NCBI GenBank assembly: GCA_963713045.1
Contig: CAVQKE010000004.1
Span: forward strand, 608,001-672,000
Length of the DNA: 64,000 nt
Reading direction: 5' to 3'
DNA from: an uncultured delta proteobacterium
Lineage (GTDB): Bacteria > Myxococcota > Myxococcia > Myxococcales > Myxococcaceae
In this document: piece by piece, positions 18,322 through 28,945 of the stretch
How positions within the stretch are numbered: position 1 is the stretch's first letter
How the letters are laid out: each line of letters opens with the position of its first letter
Notes under the pieces: generated by a model
Databases searched by the model: none
What the model was told of the DNA's origin: nothing
The model's input: only the letters and a program-made list of their open reading frames with translations
Position numbers and translations under genes: made by a program

Positions 18322-20754
18322 TCACGTCCGGAGCTCCGCCCCGAGCCGACGGTTGACCTCCTCCACAATTCGGGTGTGCGCGGCTTGGACTTCCTCGTCC
18401 TTGAGGGTGCGGTCTGGCGCTCGGTAGCGCAGGGCGAACGCTAAATTCTTCCGACCTACGGGCACCGGCTTACCGACATAGACGTCGAAAACTCGCACGT
18501 CTTCTACAAGAGGGCCACCGACCTCCTGAATGACGGCGCGGACATCCTCGGCCCGCTCCGATTGCGGCACCACCACGGCCAGGTCGCGCAACACGGCCGG
18601 GAAGCGGTTGAGCGGGCGAAGCCTTGGGACGACGTTGGCCACCCGAAGCAGCGACTCGAAGTCCAAGTCAAAAAGCTGCACTCCCTTGGGCAGCTCCAGA
18701 ACCTGTGCCGCCCTGGGATGCAGCTCCCCCACCGTTCCTACCACCGTCTCGGCGACCACCAGCGAAGCCGACGCCCGGGGATGGTAGGGGGCACGCCGGA
18801 CAAGTTGTGCGGAGAGGGCTGGCGCTGCGAGCGCTTGCAGCACTGTCTCGACGGCACCCTTGGCGTCAAAGAAGTCGTTGGTGTCCTCGCCGGTGGTCCA
18901 TCCCCGCGGAAGGCGGCGGCCCCACAGAAGGCCACTGACACGGATTGGCTCCTTCGCCACCGGCCGTAGGCCGACTCCGCCCTCCGAATCCGGTAGGTAG
19001 ACGCGGCCCATCTCATAGAGTCGCACTGCCTCTTGCCCCTGGCGAAGGTTGTGGGCCAAGTTGGTGAGGAGGCTCGCGTACAGCGATGTTCGCATGACGG
19101 ACTGCTGCGGGCTGAGAGGGTTCTTGAGACTCACTGCTTCCACGGGCGTCCCGAGCTCCTCGAGCGGGCGCTCCGTCAGCCACGGAAGAAGGGCCGGGTC
19201 GACGAAACTGTAGTTGACCACCTCGTTGAAGCCGGCGCCGGCGAGTGCGCTGCGCACCCGTCGCTCGACCTCCATTTCCACGGGTTCCGGCTTGAGGCTT
19301 TCGGTGAGTGCCGGCAACGTGGCGGGAACCTTCTCGTAGCCCCAAATCCGGGCGACCTCCTCCACCAGGTCCTCGGGCAAGGAGACGTCCATCCGCCAAC
19401 TCGGAACGCGCCACAGCGTGGAGGGGGTCTGCCGCTCCTCGGCGACGAAGCCGAGGGCCGTCAGAATCCGAGAAACCTCCTGGCCCGGGACTTCGGCCCC
19501 CAACAGCTGGCTCACCTGGCCGTCTTGCAACGGGACGAGGCTGGGGGCAGTCGGCGCAGGGTAGACGTCGATGAGGCCACGTCGGACCGCGCCGCCTGTC
19601 AGTTCGGCGATGAGTGCCGCTGCGCGGTCGACCCCGGCCGGGCCGGCTTCAACGTCGACTCCACGTTCAAAGCGGTGGGAGGCCTCGGTGTGCAGCTGGT
19701 GTCGCCTCGCCATCCGACGCACGGTGACCGGATCCCAGTTTGCCCCTTCCAGCAGCACCCGGCTGGTGCCCTCGGACACTTCGGCTTCCGCGCCACCGAA
19801 GGTGCCGGCCAAGCCCATTGGGCGGTCTCGGTCGCACACCACGAGGTCTTCAGTCGAGAGGGCTCGGTCCTTTCCATCGAGAGTGATGAGCCGTTCTCCA
19901 GCCCGTGCGCGGCGCACGACGAGTTCCGCCCCGGCGAGCCGGTCGAGGTCAAAGGCATGGAGGGGCTGGCCGAGCTCAAGCATCACGTAGTTGGTGATGT
20001 CGACGACGCTGTTGATGCTGCGCACACCGCAGCTTTGGAGCCGCCGGACCATCCACTCCGGAGAGGGTCCTATCTTCACGCCCTCCAGCACGCGCGCCGC
20101 GAAGCGTCGGCAGCCGCGCGCATCCTCGATGCGCACTCGGGCGGCAGCGTGGACGTCCTCGGTGGATTCTGGGACTTTGCGCGACAGGTTGCGGAGTGGA
20201 CGCGCGGTCAGTACTGCGACTTCGCGGGCAATTCCGCGGTGACTCAATGCATCTCCACGGTTTGGCGTGACGTTTATCTCTAGGATGGCGTCCTCCAGGC
20301 CGAGCGCCTGCGCGAGCGGCGTCCCCGGGACGAGCGTCGATTGGAGGACCAGCAGGCCCGCGGCATCCTCTGCCAGGCCGAGTTCGCGGGCCGAGCACAG
20401 CATCCCTTCGCTCTCGACGCCGCGAAGTTTGGCTCGAGCAATCCGGTTGCCGTCAGGAAGGATGGTGCCAACCGTCGCCAAGGGGACCAGGTCGCCGACT
20501 TGAAAATTCTTCGCCCCGCACACGATTTGGAGGGTTTGAGTGCCTCCGGCGTTCACTTGAGTCACAGACAGCTTGTCGGCAGCTGGATGGGGACTGGCAG
20601 CCACAATACGGGCCACCACCACCCCGGCCAGTCGGGCGCCGGGATAGTCGACCCCTTCCACTTCGAGGCCAGCGAAGGTCAGACGACGCGCCAGTTCTTC
20701 GGCCGGCGGCACCATCTCGAGCAGGTCTCCCAGCCAATTGCGTGAAATCTTCAT
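18322..20754 (-). CDS. pheT: Phenylalanine--tRNA ligase beta subunit
   Basis: MKISRNWL, QIVCGAKN, SEGMLCS, TPNRGDALS, ASHRFERGVD, RDLAVVV, FDVYVG. Confidence 0.98.
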   Translation of the reverse strand: MKISRNWLGDLLEMVPPAEELARRLTFAGLEVEGVDYPGARLAGVVVARIVAASPHPAADKLSVTQVNAGGTQTLQIVCGAKNFQVGDLVPLATVGTILPDGNRIARAKLRGVESEGMLCSARELGLAEDAAGLLVLQSTLVPGTPLAQALGLEDAILEINVTPNRGDALSHRGIAREVAVLTARPLRNLSRKVPESTEDVHAAARVRIEDARGCRRFAARVLEGVKIGPSPEWMVRRLQSCGVRSINSVVDITNYVMLELGQPLHAFDLDRLAGAELVVRRARAGERLITLDGKDRALSTEDLVVCDRDRPMGLAGTFGGAEAEVSEGTSRVLLEGANWDPVTVRRMARRHQLHTEASHRFERGVDVEAGPAGVDRAAALIAELTGGAVRRGLIDVYPAPTAPSLVPLQDGQVSQLLGAEVPGQEVSRILTALGFVAEERQTPSTLWRVPSWRMDVSLPEDLVEEVARIWGYEKVPATLPALTESLKPEPVEMEVERRVRSALAGAGFNEVVNYSFVDPALLPWLTERPLEELGTPVEAVSLKNPLSPQQSVMRTSLYASLLTNLAHNLRQGQEAVRLYEMGRVYLPDSEGGVGLRPVAKEPIRVSGLLWGRRLPRGWTTGEDTNDFFDAKGAVETVLQALAAPALSAQLVRRAPYHPRASASLVVAETVVGTVGELHPRAAQVLELPKGVQLFDLDFESLLRVANVVPRLRPLNRFPAVLRDLAVVVPQSERAEDVRAVIQEVGGPLVEDVRVFDVYVGKPVPVGRKNLAFALRYRAPDRTLKDEEVQAAHTRIVEEVNRRLGAELRT

Positions 20755-20756
20755 GG

Positions 20757-21797
20757 TCAGAATTGTTCCAGGAAACGAATGTCGTTCTCGAACAGGCTGC
20801 GAATGTCATCCAGGCCATGGCGCAGCATGGCAATTCGTTCGACGCCCATTCCCCAGGCAAACCCAGTCAACACGGCTGGGTCGTACCCACCCGCGGTGAG
20901 GACGTTGGGATGCACCATCCCGCAGCCGAGAATCTCCAACCAGCCACTGAGTTTGCAGACTCGGCAGCCTTTCCCCTGACAGCTCCCGCAACTCACATCC
21001 ATCTCTGCGGAAGGTTCGGTGAATTGGAAGTATGAAGGACGGAAACGCGTCTTCCGGTCGGCGCCGAAGAAGCTGGTGACGAAGGCCGTGAGCGTTCCCT
21101 TCAAATCCGCAAAGGTGATGCCTCGGTCAACCAGGAGCCCCTCAATCTGGTGAAACATCGGCGAGTGCGTTGCATCCGAGTCCACCCGGTAGGCCTTTCC
21201 AGGGACAACAATGCGCAACGGCGGTGGGTGGCTGCGCATCGCCCGAATTTGGCCGGGCGAGGTGTGCGTGCGGAGCAGCACCTGGTCCGCGGGCGCCTTG
21301 GACCACGGTGTCTCCACGTAAAACGTGTCCTGCATGTCCCGCGCTGGATGGTCCTTGGGGATGTTGAGCGCCTCGAAGTTGAGGGCGTCGAGCTCGATTT
21401 CAGGGCCGGTGAAGACATCGAAGCCAAGCCGTTGAAAGCTGCGGATGACGTCTTCCAGGGTGCGAGAGACGAGGTGCCGGTGGCCCGGAGGCTGACCGCG
21501 CCCGGGGAGGGTGACGTCCAGCGGGGGACCGGCCAGCTCCATCTCCAGAGCTGCCTGTTCCACGGCATGGACCGCGCCAGCGAGCAGCGCCTCCAGCTCG
21601 GCCTTCACCCGGTTTGCGACCTCGCCCACGTTACGCCGGGCCTCGGGAGCGAGCGCCCCCATTCCACCAAGCACCTGGGCCAGTTCGCCTTTCCTTCCCA
21701 GGTAGCGGACGCGAAGCGCCTCCACCTGGGCGGCGTCGGTGGCTCGGCCGACTTCCTCTCGCGCGCTCGTCAGTAGCCGCTCCAGCCGGTCACGCAT
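20757..21797 (-). CDS. pheS: Phenylalanine--tRNA ligase alpha subunit
   Basis: HPARDMQDTFY, LLRTHTSP, THSPMFHQIEG, FRPSYFQFTEPS, GFAWGMGVER. Confidence 0.98.
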   Translation of the reverse strand: MRDRLERLLTSAREEVGRATDAAQVEALRVRYLGRKGELAQVLGGMGALAPEARRNVGEVANRVKAELEALLAGAVHAVEQAALEMELAGPPLDVTLPGRGQPPGHRHLVSRTLEDVIRSFQRLGFDVFTGPEIELDALNFEALNIPKDHPARDMQDTFYVETPWSKAPADQVLLRTHTSPGQIRAMRSHPPPLRIVVPGKAYRVDSDATHSPMFHQIEGLLVDRGITFADLKGTLTAFVTSFFGADRKTRFRPSYFQFTEPSAEMDVSCGSCQGKGCRVCKLSGWLEILGCGMVHPNVLTAGGYDPAVLTGFAWGMGVERIAMLRHGLDDIRSLFENDIRFLEQF

Positions 21798-21818
21798 CTG
21801 CCGTTCTCCCAACCAACG

Positions 21819-21846
21819 AAAAAGGGCCGCCCCGAGGGGCAGCCCT
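21819..21846 (-). terminator. Intrinsic terminator after rplT
   Basis: Minus strand AGGGCTGCCCCTCGGGGCGGCCCT hairpin followed by a T run. Confidence 0.6.
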
Positions 21847-21893
21847 GTTCGGTTCCAAGCATCCAGGGACGCCCTTGGCGCCGGTAGTCGCCG

Positions 21894-22238
21894 TCAGGCC
21901 GCCGCGATTTTGGCAATCGCGGCAAAACCGGCTGGGTCCGCCACGGCAATATCCGCCAGCACTTTGCGGTCCAGCTCGACCTTCGCCTTGGACAGCGCCG
22001 AGATGAAGCGCGAATAACTGACCCCGGACAGACGGGCCGCGGCGTTGATGCGGACAATCCACAATGAGCGGAAGTCGCGCTTCTTCCGAGCACGGTCACG
22101 ACTGGCGTAGTCCAGGGCCCGCTGCACCGCCTGATTGGCGCGCTTGAAGCAGTTTTTCCGTCGGCCGCGATAGCCCTTGGCCAGCTTGAGTATCCGGTTT
22201 CGGCGACGGCGCGCCTTGAAGCCTCTCTTGACCCTCAT
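21894..22238 (-). CDS. rplT: 50S ribosomal protein L20
   Basis: [35 protein letters not shown]. Confidence 0.98.
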   Translation of the reverse strand: MRVKRGFKARRRRNRILKLAKGYRGRRKNCFKRANQAVQRALDYASRDRARKKRDFRSLWIVRINAAARLSGVSYSRFISALSKAKVELDRKVLADIAVADPAGFAAIAKIAAA

Positions 22239-22262
22239 AACCTCGTGACTCCTTCGTCGCCG

Positions 22263-22469
22263 TCAGCCCCCGTAGGGGAACAGCTCCTTGATGACCTTCT
22301 TAGCGTCCATGTCTCGCAGGTAGCCGGTCCCGCGGTGCCGCCGGTCCTGGCCGGCAGTCTTGGCGTGGGTGAAGAGATGCTTGCCGTAGGCCTTGGCGAA
22401 CTTCACCTTGCCTGACTTTTTCACCTCAAACCGCTTCTTTGCGCTGCTGCGTGTCTTCAACTTCGGCAT
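22263..22469 (-). CDS. rpmI: 50S ribosomal protein L35
   Basis: MPKLKTRSSAKKRF..SGKVK; lies between infC and rplT. Confidence 0.96.
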   Translation of the reverse strand: MPKLKTRSSAKKRFEVKKSGKVKFAKAYGKHLFTHAKTAGQDRRHRGTGYLRDMDAKKVIKELFPYGG

Positions 22470-22490
22470 TCTTACGTCCTTCCCGTCCAA

Positions 22491-23165
22491 TCAGCCCGGT
22501 TCAGCCGGGGCCTTGACCGTCCCCCGGGCGACCGCAGGGACTTTGCTTTTTTCTTCACCCTTCTCATCGTCTCCGACCGCTCCGTCCTTCTTCGCTGCCG
22601 CCTTCGCCGCGGCCGCCGCATTTTGGCGGGCCAAGTCCCGGGCCCGCTGTGCCACTTTGGCGTTCGGGGCCAGAATCATAAACATCTGGCGACCTTCCAT
22701 CCGCGGCACCTGCTCGACCACGCCGACGTCCTTCACGTCCTTGACCACGTCGTCGAGAATCTGTTGGCCAATCTCCTTGTGGGTGATTTCGCGCCCGCGG
22801 AACATGATGGTGATGCGTGCCTTGTTTCCCTCTTCGAGGAAGCGCTTCACGTTGCGGACTTTGAATTCGTAGTCGTGTTCCTCGGTCTTCGGCCGGAGCT
22901 TCACCTCTTTGAGGTGGACCACCACCTGCTTCTTCTTCGCTTCCGAGGCCCTCTTCTTCTCCTCGTACTTGAAGCGGCCGTAATCCATGATCTTGCAGAC
23001 TGGAGGCTTGGCCATCGGGTTGACCTCGACGAGGTCCATCCCGGTTTCGTTGGCCTTCTCCAGCGCTGCTTCGATCGTCAGGACACCCAGCTGTTCACCC
23101 GCGGCACCCACCACGCGGACTTCGCGCGCGCGGATGCGCCGGTTGGTTCTCTGGTCACGAGCGAT
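22491..23165 (-). CDS. infC: Translation initiation factor IF-3, probable ATC start, with C-terminal extension
   Basis: NRRIRAREVRVV, PPVCKIMDYGRFKY, KEVKLRP, FRGRE, PRMEGRQM; GGAGG RBS 9 nt upstream of ATC at 23165. Confidence 0.95.
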   Translation of the reverse strand: MARDQRTNRRIRAREVRVVGAAGEQLGVLTIEAALEKANETGMDLVEVNPMAKPPVCKIMDYGRFKYEEKKRASEAKKKQVVVHLKEVKLRPKTEEHDYEFKVRNVKRFLEEGNKARITIMFRGREITHKEIGQQILDDVVKDVKDVGVVEQVPRMEGRQMFMILAPNAKVAQRARDLARQNAAAAAKAAAKKDGAVGDDEKGEEKSKVPAVARGTVKAPAEPG

Positions 23166-23304
23166 GTGAGTCGACCTCCAGCCTGGGGGTACACCCCTCC
23201 CCAACCACGGAGGGGCCGAAAAAGAGGGCGCAAAATACCCGCCCGACGCTCCAAGTCAAGCCATCCCGGGCCCGGAGAGGCAACCCAGGTTCCAGCGAGC
23301 CTCC

Positions 23305-25242
23305 TCAGCCCCCCTTGGAAGGCGCAGGGGCGGTCTTGGGCGCAAGGATGGCAGAGAGCAAGTCCGGCCGGCCGGCAATGCGCTCCAGGTGGGGGTAGCG
23401 GGCCCCGCCGTCGTACTTTAGGGGGTAGGTGCGAAAGGTCTCGGCGTTCTCCACCAGCAACTCGATGGCCTCGTTCGCGCTTCTCGCGACGGCCGTCCGG
23501 AGTCGCACCTCGGAAAACTTCTGTCCATTGACCGCCACCAGGCGCATCGCTGGACCGAGCCCCGCCCGGAAGGCGGCAGAGTCAGGAACCACGTCGAGGA
23601 GCTCACCAACGTGGTCCTGCCGCATGTCCACCAGCACGCCAATCGAGGCGCGTAGGTCGATGCGCTGGCCGCGGTAGTCGGAGGCCCGCTGCAGAGCCGT
23701 GCGCTCCGGGCCGTAGGCCAGCCTCCAGCCCGCCAGTTCGAGGCCCTCCAGCGGCGCCTGCGCCGTCGTCGAATTCAGCCGCTTTTCGAAGAGACCCCGC
23801 CAGTCGAAGGCCACCACCTCATTGAGTCCGGCCACCACATCCTCCAAGGCGTACGGTTTGAGCTCCGGACCGCTGTTCTTTCCTCCGTGAAAGCGCCGGC
23901 AGAAGTCGTCGAGCGAGCGGGCATTCTTCGTCTTCTCGCGGATGGTGGCATCCACCTCGAGCCAGAGGAGTGTCCCTTCTTCGTAGAAGTCCACACCGCG
24001 CCGCCAGGATGTCCAGTCCGGCCGAGCGCTGTACAAGAGGGGCGCCTCGACGGCAGTGTCCGCCAGCGGACGCCAAACCCGCCCGCGACGCTGCTGCATC
24101 TCGTCTGCCTCGAGCGCGATCGAGTCTCGTCCGCTCTGTCCCGGCAAGAGTCCGCTTCTCGCCCCGAGGACGTTGCCGAGGTACTCGGTCAGCCCCTCGT
24201 ACACCCAGAGGAGCTCGTCCTTCATCGGCACCTGGTAGTCCGGAGTCACCAGCCCCGCTGGTCGACGGTACTTGCCATTCCAGGAGTGGCTGTATTCATG
24301 CGACCAGAGGGTGGCTGTCGCGAGGAAGAGCTCAGGGTCGACCAGGGCGCGCTCGTGGGCCCGGTCGTCGCTCGATTGGTGGTGCTCGAGGCCAAAGTGC
24401 GCCACTGAGTCGCTCAACGTGGTGAGAAACCGGTAACTCTCGTAGTGCTGCGCCCCGAAAAGCGCGTGCGCCTCGGCCACCAGTTTCTCGAAAGCTGCCT
24501 TCTGCGGTGGAGACAGCTCGATGTCCGCTTGGTTCTCGGAAGCGAGGGTGAGGAAGTGCGGAGCGCCATCGACGGTGCCAAGGGGCACCTCTCGCAGGTG
24601 AGCGCCCGCCAGGACCGGCGAGTCCACAAGCCGTGCCAGGGAGACGGGCGCGAAGCTGGTTCGCGACGTGTCTCCACCGGCACCTCGGGGCACCAGCGCG
24701 GTCGAGAGCCTCCAGCCAGTGGGGATTTTCACGCTGGCCAGGACCGGAAGGTTTCGAGGTTCGGCGCCTTGTGGGTAGAAGACGAGCTGGTTCCAGCTCA
24801 AGAGGACGACGTTGGCGGTGGCCGAGGCACCGGCCGAAAACCCCCCCAGCTCGGGCGGCGGCGAAAGGAAGTCGAATGTGACGTCCAAGTCTGAGACGCC
24901 AGTCGGCACTTCGAGGTGGACCGCGAACATGTCCACATCGTCGCGTCGCCAGGGCAGCACTGCTCCGGCCGCGCGAAAAACCAGACCAGCGACGTCAACC
25001 ACCGGGCCGCTCGGTTCGTGCTCACCCGGAATCCACTTCGGATAGACCACCGTCATCGGCCCCGGGGTGACTGGCATGACCAGGTGGGCGTGAAACAGCC
25101 GGCGCGGGGCGTCGGTGAGGTCCACCTCCACCAGCATCGGCCTCTTGGGCACGACCCCCTGCGCCGCGGCGCTGCTGGCGATCAACAACCCACTGAAAAA
25201 GGCCACGAACCAATTGCGCAACCATGGCGAGACGACGTGCAA
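23305..25242 (-). CDS. M61 family glycyl aminopeptidase with C-terminal PDZ domain
   Basis: Signal peptide; YPKWIPGEH, GLEHHQSS, HEYSHSWNGK (HExxH), LWVYEGLTEY; TTG start after GGGAGG. Confidence 0.9.
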   Translation of the reverse strand: MHVVSPWLRNWFVAFFSGLLIASSAAAQGVVPKRPMLVEVDLTDAPRRLFHAHLVMPVTPGPMTVVYPKWIPGEHEPSGPVVDVAGLVFRAAGAVLPWRRDDVDMFAVHLEVPTGVSDLDVTFDFLSPPPELGGFSAGASATANVVLLSWNQLVFYPQGAEPRNLPVLASVKIPTGWRLSTALVPRGAGGDTSRTSFAPVSLARLVDSPVLAGAHLREVPLGTVDGAPHFLTLASENQADIELSPPQKAAFEKLVAEAHALFGAQHYESYRFLTTLSDSVAHFGLEHHQSSDDRAHERALVDPELFLATATLWSHEYSHSWNGKYRRPAGLVTPDYQVPMKDELLWVYEGLTEYLGNVLGARSGLLPGQSGRDSIALEADEMQQRRGRVWRPLADTAVEAPLLYSARPDWTSWRRGVDFYEEGTLLWLEVDATIREKTKNARSLDDFCRRFHGGKNSGPELKPYALEDVVAGLNEVVAFDWRGLFEKRLNSTTAQAPLEGLELAGWRLAYGPERTALQRASDYRGQRIDLRASIGVLVDMRQDHVGELLDVVPDSAAFRAGLGPAMRLVAVNGQKFSEVRLRTAVARSANEAIELLVENAETFRTYPLKYDGGARYPHLERIAGRPDLLSAILAPKTAPAPSKGG

Positions 25243-25298
25243 AGCAACCTCCCGAAGGAAACGGGTGTGAGGACGCAGCTGCCGACCAGCGGCAATTC

Positions 25299-27230
25299 TC
25301 AAGTGGGCGGCGCGCCTTCGACGCGGAGCAGCGTCTGGAATTTCTCGAGGCTCATGGCCTTGAGGTCCTCGCCGCCGTAACGGCGGGGCGAGACGCCTTG
25401 GGCTTCCACTTCGCGATCGCCGACGACCAGAGTGAAGGGCAGCTTCTGCAATTGCGCCTCCCGAATCTTGGCGTTCAGCGTCATCCCTCGCTCGTCGAGC
25501 TCGACGCGGTACCCCGCTGCGGAAAGCCGCTCGACGACGGTACGGGCCCACGGGAGGTGCCGGTCGGCAACCGTCACCACAGCTGCCTGAACCGGCGCCA
25601 GCCAGGTTGGGAAAGCCCCGGCATAATGCTCCGTCAGAATGCCGATGAAGCGCTCGAAGCTGCCGTAGATGGCCCGGTGGAACACCACCGGTCGATGCTC
25701 GGCGTTGTCTTCGCCGACGTAAGTCAAGTTGAAGAGCTCCGGGGCTTTGTAGTCGAGCTGGATGGTGCCTAGCTGCCAAGGGCGCCCAATGCTGTCCGTC
25801 ACCTCGAAATCCAGCTTCGGGCCGTAAAAGGTCCCCCCGCCCGGGTTGTCTGAGTAGCTGACGCCCAACTCGTTCAGGACGCCCCGGAGCTTGCCCTCGA
25901 CGTCATCCCAGAAGGCGTCGTCCCCCAGCCGCTGTGCAGGACGCGTTCCGAGCCTCGCCACGTAGCTGAGCCCGAAGCCGGAATAGACACGGTCCAAGAG
26001 TCCGATGAAGCGCCTCACTTCGGAGGCCATCTGCGCCTCAGTGCAGAAAATGTGGGCGTCGTCCTGAGAGAATTGGCGAACCCGCGTCAGTCCACCGAGC
26101 GATCCCGACGCCTCGTTCCGATGGAGCACGTCATGCGTCGCGAACCGCAGAGGCAGCTCCCGGTAGCTACGCTTCTTGAAGTTGTACAGCAGATAATGGG
26201 AGGGGCAATTCATCGGCTTGAGGCCGAAGTCGTGCTCACCGGTCTCGGTGTCGAGCACCAGAAACATGTTTTCACGGTACTTGCCCCAGTGCCCAGAGAG
26301 TTCCCACAGCTCTTTGCGATAAAGCAGCGGCGTCTTCACTTCCTGGTAGCCGTCGGCGGTGGTCCAAGCCCGCATCTTCTCGGCCAACAGCCGGTAAAGC
26401 ACCGTGCCCTTGGGCGTCCAGAAGGCCGCACCCGGCGAATAGGGGTGAAAGTGGAAGAGGTCGAGTTCCTTTCCCAGCTTGCGATGGTCGCGCTTCTTGG
26501 CGTCTTCCTGACGGTGAAGCCACTCGTCCAGCGCCTTCTTGTCGAAGAAAGCCGTCCCATAAATTCGCTGCAACATCGGGTTGCGGTGGTCCCCCCTCCA
26601 GTAGGCACCGCTCGAGGAAAGCAGCTTGATGACGCCAATTTTTCCGGTCGACGGTCCGTGCGGGCCGAGGCAAAAGTCGACCCAGTCGCCGTGCCGGTAA
26701 AGGGACAGCGTCTGTGCGCCTTTGGCGACGATGTCCTGAACTATCTCCACCTTGAAGGTTTCGCCCTTGCCCTGAAACAAGCGGATCGCGTCCTCCGCAG
26801 AGACTTCCGTGCGGACGAAAGCAAGGTCCTTCTCGAGTTCCTGGTTGGCCGCTTCCTCAATGCGGGCCAGGTCCTCCGGGGTAAAAGGCTTCTCGCGATA
26901 AAAGTCGTAGTAGAAGCCGTCCTCGACGTTGGGGCCGATGGTGACTTGGGTGCCTGGGAAAAGCCTCTGCACCACGCTGGCCACCACGTGCGCGGCGTCG
27001 TGGCGGATGGTGTCCAGCGCCTCGGGAGCCTTGTTGGTGAGAACTTCCAGCTTCCCGTCCTCCTGCAACGGGGTCGCAAGGTCGACCAGCTTGCCGTTGT
27101 AGCGCGCCAGGACTGCGGCCTTTGCTAATCCGGCACCAATTTCCGTCTTGACGAAGTCGCCAATGCGGGTGCCGGGCGGGGCGCTCTTTTCGCTCCCATC
27201 GGGCAGTTTGACGTGAATGGCGTCTGGCAT
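25299..27230 (-). CDS. thrS: Threonine--tRNA ligase
   Basis: TGS domain, [59 protein letters not shown]. Confidence 0.98.
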   Translation of the reverse strand: MPDAIHVKLPDGSEKSAPPGTRIGDFVKTEIGAGLAKAAVLARYNGKLVDLATPLQEDGKLEVLTNKAPEALDTIRHDAAHVVASVVQRLFPGTQVTIGPNVEDGFYYDFYREKPFTPEDLARIEEAANQELEKDLAFVRTEVSAEDAIRLFQGKGETFKVEIVQDIVAKGAQTLSLYRHGDWVDFCLGPHGPSTGKIGVIKLLSSSGAYWRGDHRNPMLQRIYGTAFFDKKALDEWLHRQEDAKKRDHRKLGKELDLFHFHPYSPGAAFWTPKGTVLYRLLAEKMRAWTTADGYQEVKTPLLYRKELWELSGHWGKYRENMFLVLDTETGEHDFGLKPMNCPSHYLLYNFKKRSYRELPLRFATHDVLHRNEASGSLGGLTRVRQFSQDDAHIFCTEAQMASEVRRFIGLLDRVYSGFGLSYVARLGTRPAQRLGDDAFWDDVEGKLRGVLNELGVSYSDNPGGGTFYGPKLDFEVTDSIGRPWQLGTIQLDYKAPELFNLTYVGEDNAEHRPVVFHRAIYGSFERFIGILTEHYAGAFPTWLAPVQAAVVTVADRHLPWARTVVERLSAAGYRVELDERGMTLNAKIREAQLQKLPFTLVVGDREVEAQGVSPRRYGGEDLKAMSLEKFQTLLRVEGAPPT

Positions 27231-27540
27231 GACGAAAAAGTGTGGGCCGGAGGCCCGACCGCTGACGGTGACGGAAGTTAGCCCGACGGGGCAGCGGGGC
27301 GTTTCACCACGACGGCTGAAGCTCCGTCAACGGCGGCGACACCCGAGGCCCATCTCCGCCGGCGCTGTTAGGCCCCGGCTGACCCCTGCCGATGAACCAA
27401 GCCGGTTTGTACATCATCGCAATCGCCCACGCGTCAGGCGTGCACTCGCCCATCCTTCCCCAGGGCCAGCATCGACCAGCGGCGCGTACAGCGAACGGCA
27501 AGCCTTCACCATCGCGGGGCGATGATGCGCACGCAGCGCC

Positions 27541-27654
27541 TCAACGGTGCCGCCTCTCCCGCCCAAACCGTAAGCGGCTGTTGAGCCAGTGCAGGACGGC
27601 CGGCGCGAAGACGGCCACAGCGAAGACGACGAAGACGAGAAGAACGGCGCTCAC
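27541..27654 (-). CDS. Possible 37-aa single-TM small protein
   Basis: GGGGAGG RBS then GTG; MSAVLLVFVVFAVAVFAPAVLHWLNSRLRFGRERRHR (TM + basic tail). Confidence 0.4.
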   Translation of the reverse strand: MSAVLLVFVVFAVAVFAPAVLHWLNSRLRFGRERRHR

Positions 27655-28001
27655 ATGGACCTCCCCGCCCAGCAGGTGAAGGCGAGCGCTCCATCGAGCG
27701 CCGCCGCGTGGAGCGCCAAGGCACTCCGGTAAGTCCACCGCCAGGATGGCAAGGGGGCGTATTCAGTGGGTCAGCCAGGTGGTTTCGGTGGGCAGTCGGT
27801 TGAATTGCACCGGCTCCGTCACCAGCCGCAGCTGACCGCCGTCCGGACCCCCCTACCCCACTACCTGGCCCCCCCAAGGCTGGGGCGGTCGCCCCTGCCC
27901 TTTTCTCCCTTCAGGACCGTCGCTGCCTACCACCCCTGGAGCCTTTAGACATCGACTGCTGAATTCCCCGTTTTGAAATTTGCTAACTCATTGTTTTTAA
28001 A

Positions 28002-28073
<72 letters not shown>

Positions 28074-28153
28074 CAAGCGCGCGGGAGATAACAGGGCCGC
28101 CGGCTACGGTGTCAAGACGACATCCGGGGATTTGGTGGGGCCGACGTCGCCTT

Positions 28154-28945
28154 TCAGCGCGTTCCTTGCGCGGGCGCGATGCGGGCCGTGGGGACTGCCT
28201 CCGTCAACAGCCCCACCAGCGCTGCGGCGGCTGCGGCGTCGCCGTCGTTGGCAACCTGGGCCCGAAGCTCGGCGCCCGGGTACTGCACCAGCAGGGTCCG
28301 TAACTCCGCTGAGGAGATGGCGACGGGCACTTCAAGCCGCAACGCAAACCCGCACCCCGCCGCCGAGGAGTCGGCCTGCGCGGCTGGAACGGACAGGCGG
28401 ATATGGTGCGCCCCCGTGAGAGGACGCGGGCAGGCGGGGAGAGGCGTCCCAGGGCGCACCTCGAGGCCAGGGAGGGCTTTCGCGCGCTCCCACTCCTCGT
28501 GCGAGGGCGGCCCGTCCGGATGCCAGTGAACGGCCTGCGGACGTATGGCAAGGACATTCCGCGCGCGCTCCTCGGTCAGCGTCCCTTCGAATTCCACGGC
28601 CGTTCCCAGGGGTGCCCAGCGACGGTAGGCACCGACGTCCAACCCCTCGAGCGCGACCCAAGGGTGTACCCGGGGGCCAAACTGCTCTCTCAGGCCCTCC
28701 TCCATGGGGGGATGCACCTGGAGGTAGGCTGCCTCGGCGCGCTCGACTCGTTCCGCCAGCGAACGTTTGAGCCGGTTGGAGCTGGTCTTGAGCCAAAGCA
28801 CGACTCCCGGACGGCAGAGTGCCTCCAGCCGGTCCGGGACTATGTCGTCGGAGATGTCGAGGTGCAGCCGAAACCCGGGCAGCGTCAGTGGCTCCGGGGC
28901 GGAGGCCAACACCAGCAGCCAGGCAACAGCCGCCCAGACTCTCAC
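28154..28945 (-). CDS. Hypothetical secreted protein
   Basis: GTG start overlapping the upstream stop (GTGA); hydrophobic N-terminus; last gene of the operon. Confidence 0.65.
   Translation of the reverse strand: MRVWAAVAWLLVLASAPEPLTLPGFRLHLDISDDIVPDRLEALCRPGVVLWLKTSSNRLKRSLAERVERAEAAYLQVHPPMEEGLREQFGPRVHPWVALEGLDVGAYRRWAPLGTAVEFEGTLTEERARNVLAIRPQAVHWHPDGPPSHEEWERAKALPGLEVRPGTPLPACPRPLTGAHHIRLSVPAAQADSSAAGCGFALRLEVPVAISSAELRTLLVQYPGAELRAQVANDGDAAAAAALVGLLTEAVPTARIAPAQGTR

Noticed and set aside
25243..25779. N-terminal 180 aa of the 824-aa M61 ORF
   Set aside because: It overlaps thrS in another frame; an RBS, TTG and signal peptide begin at 25242.
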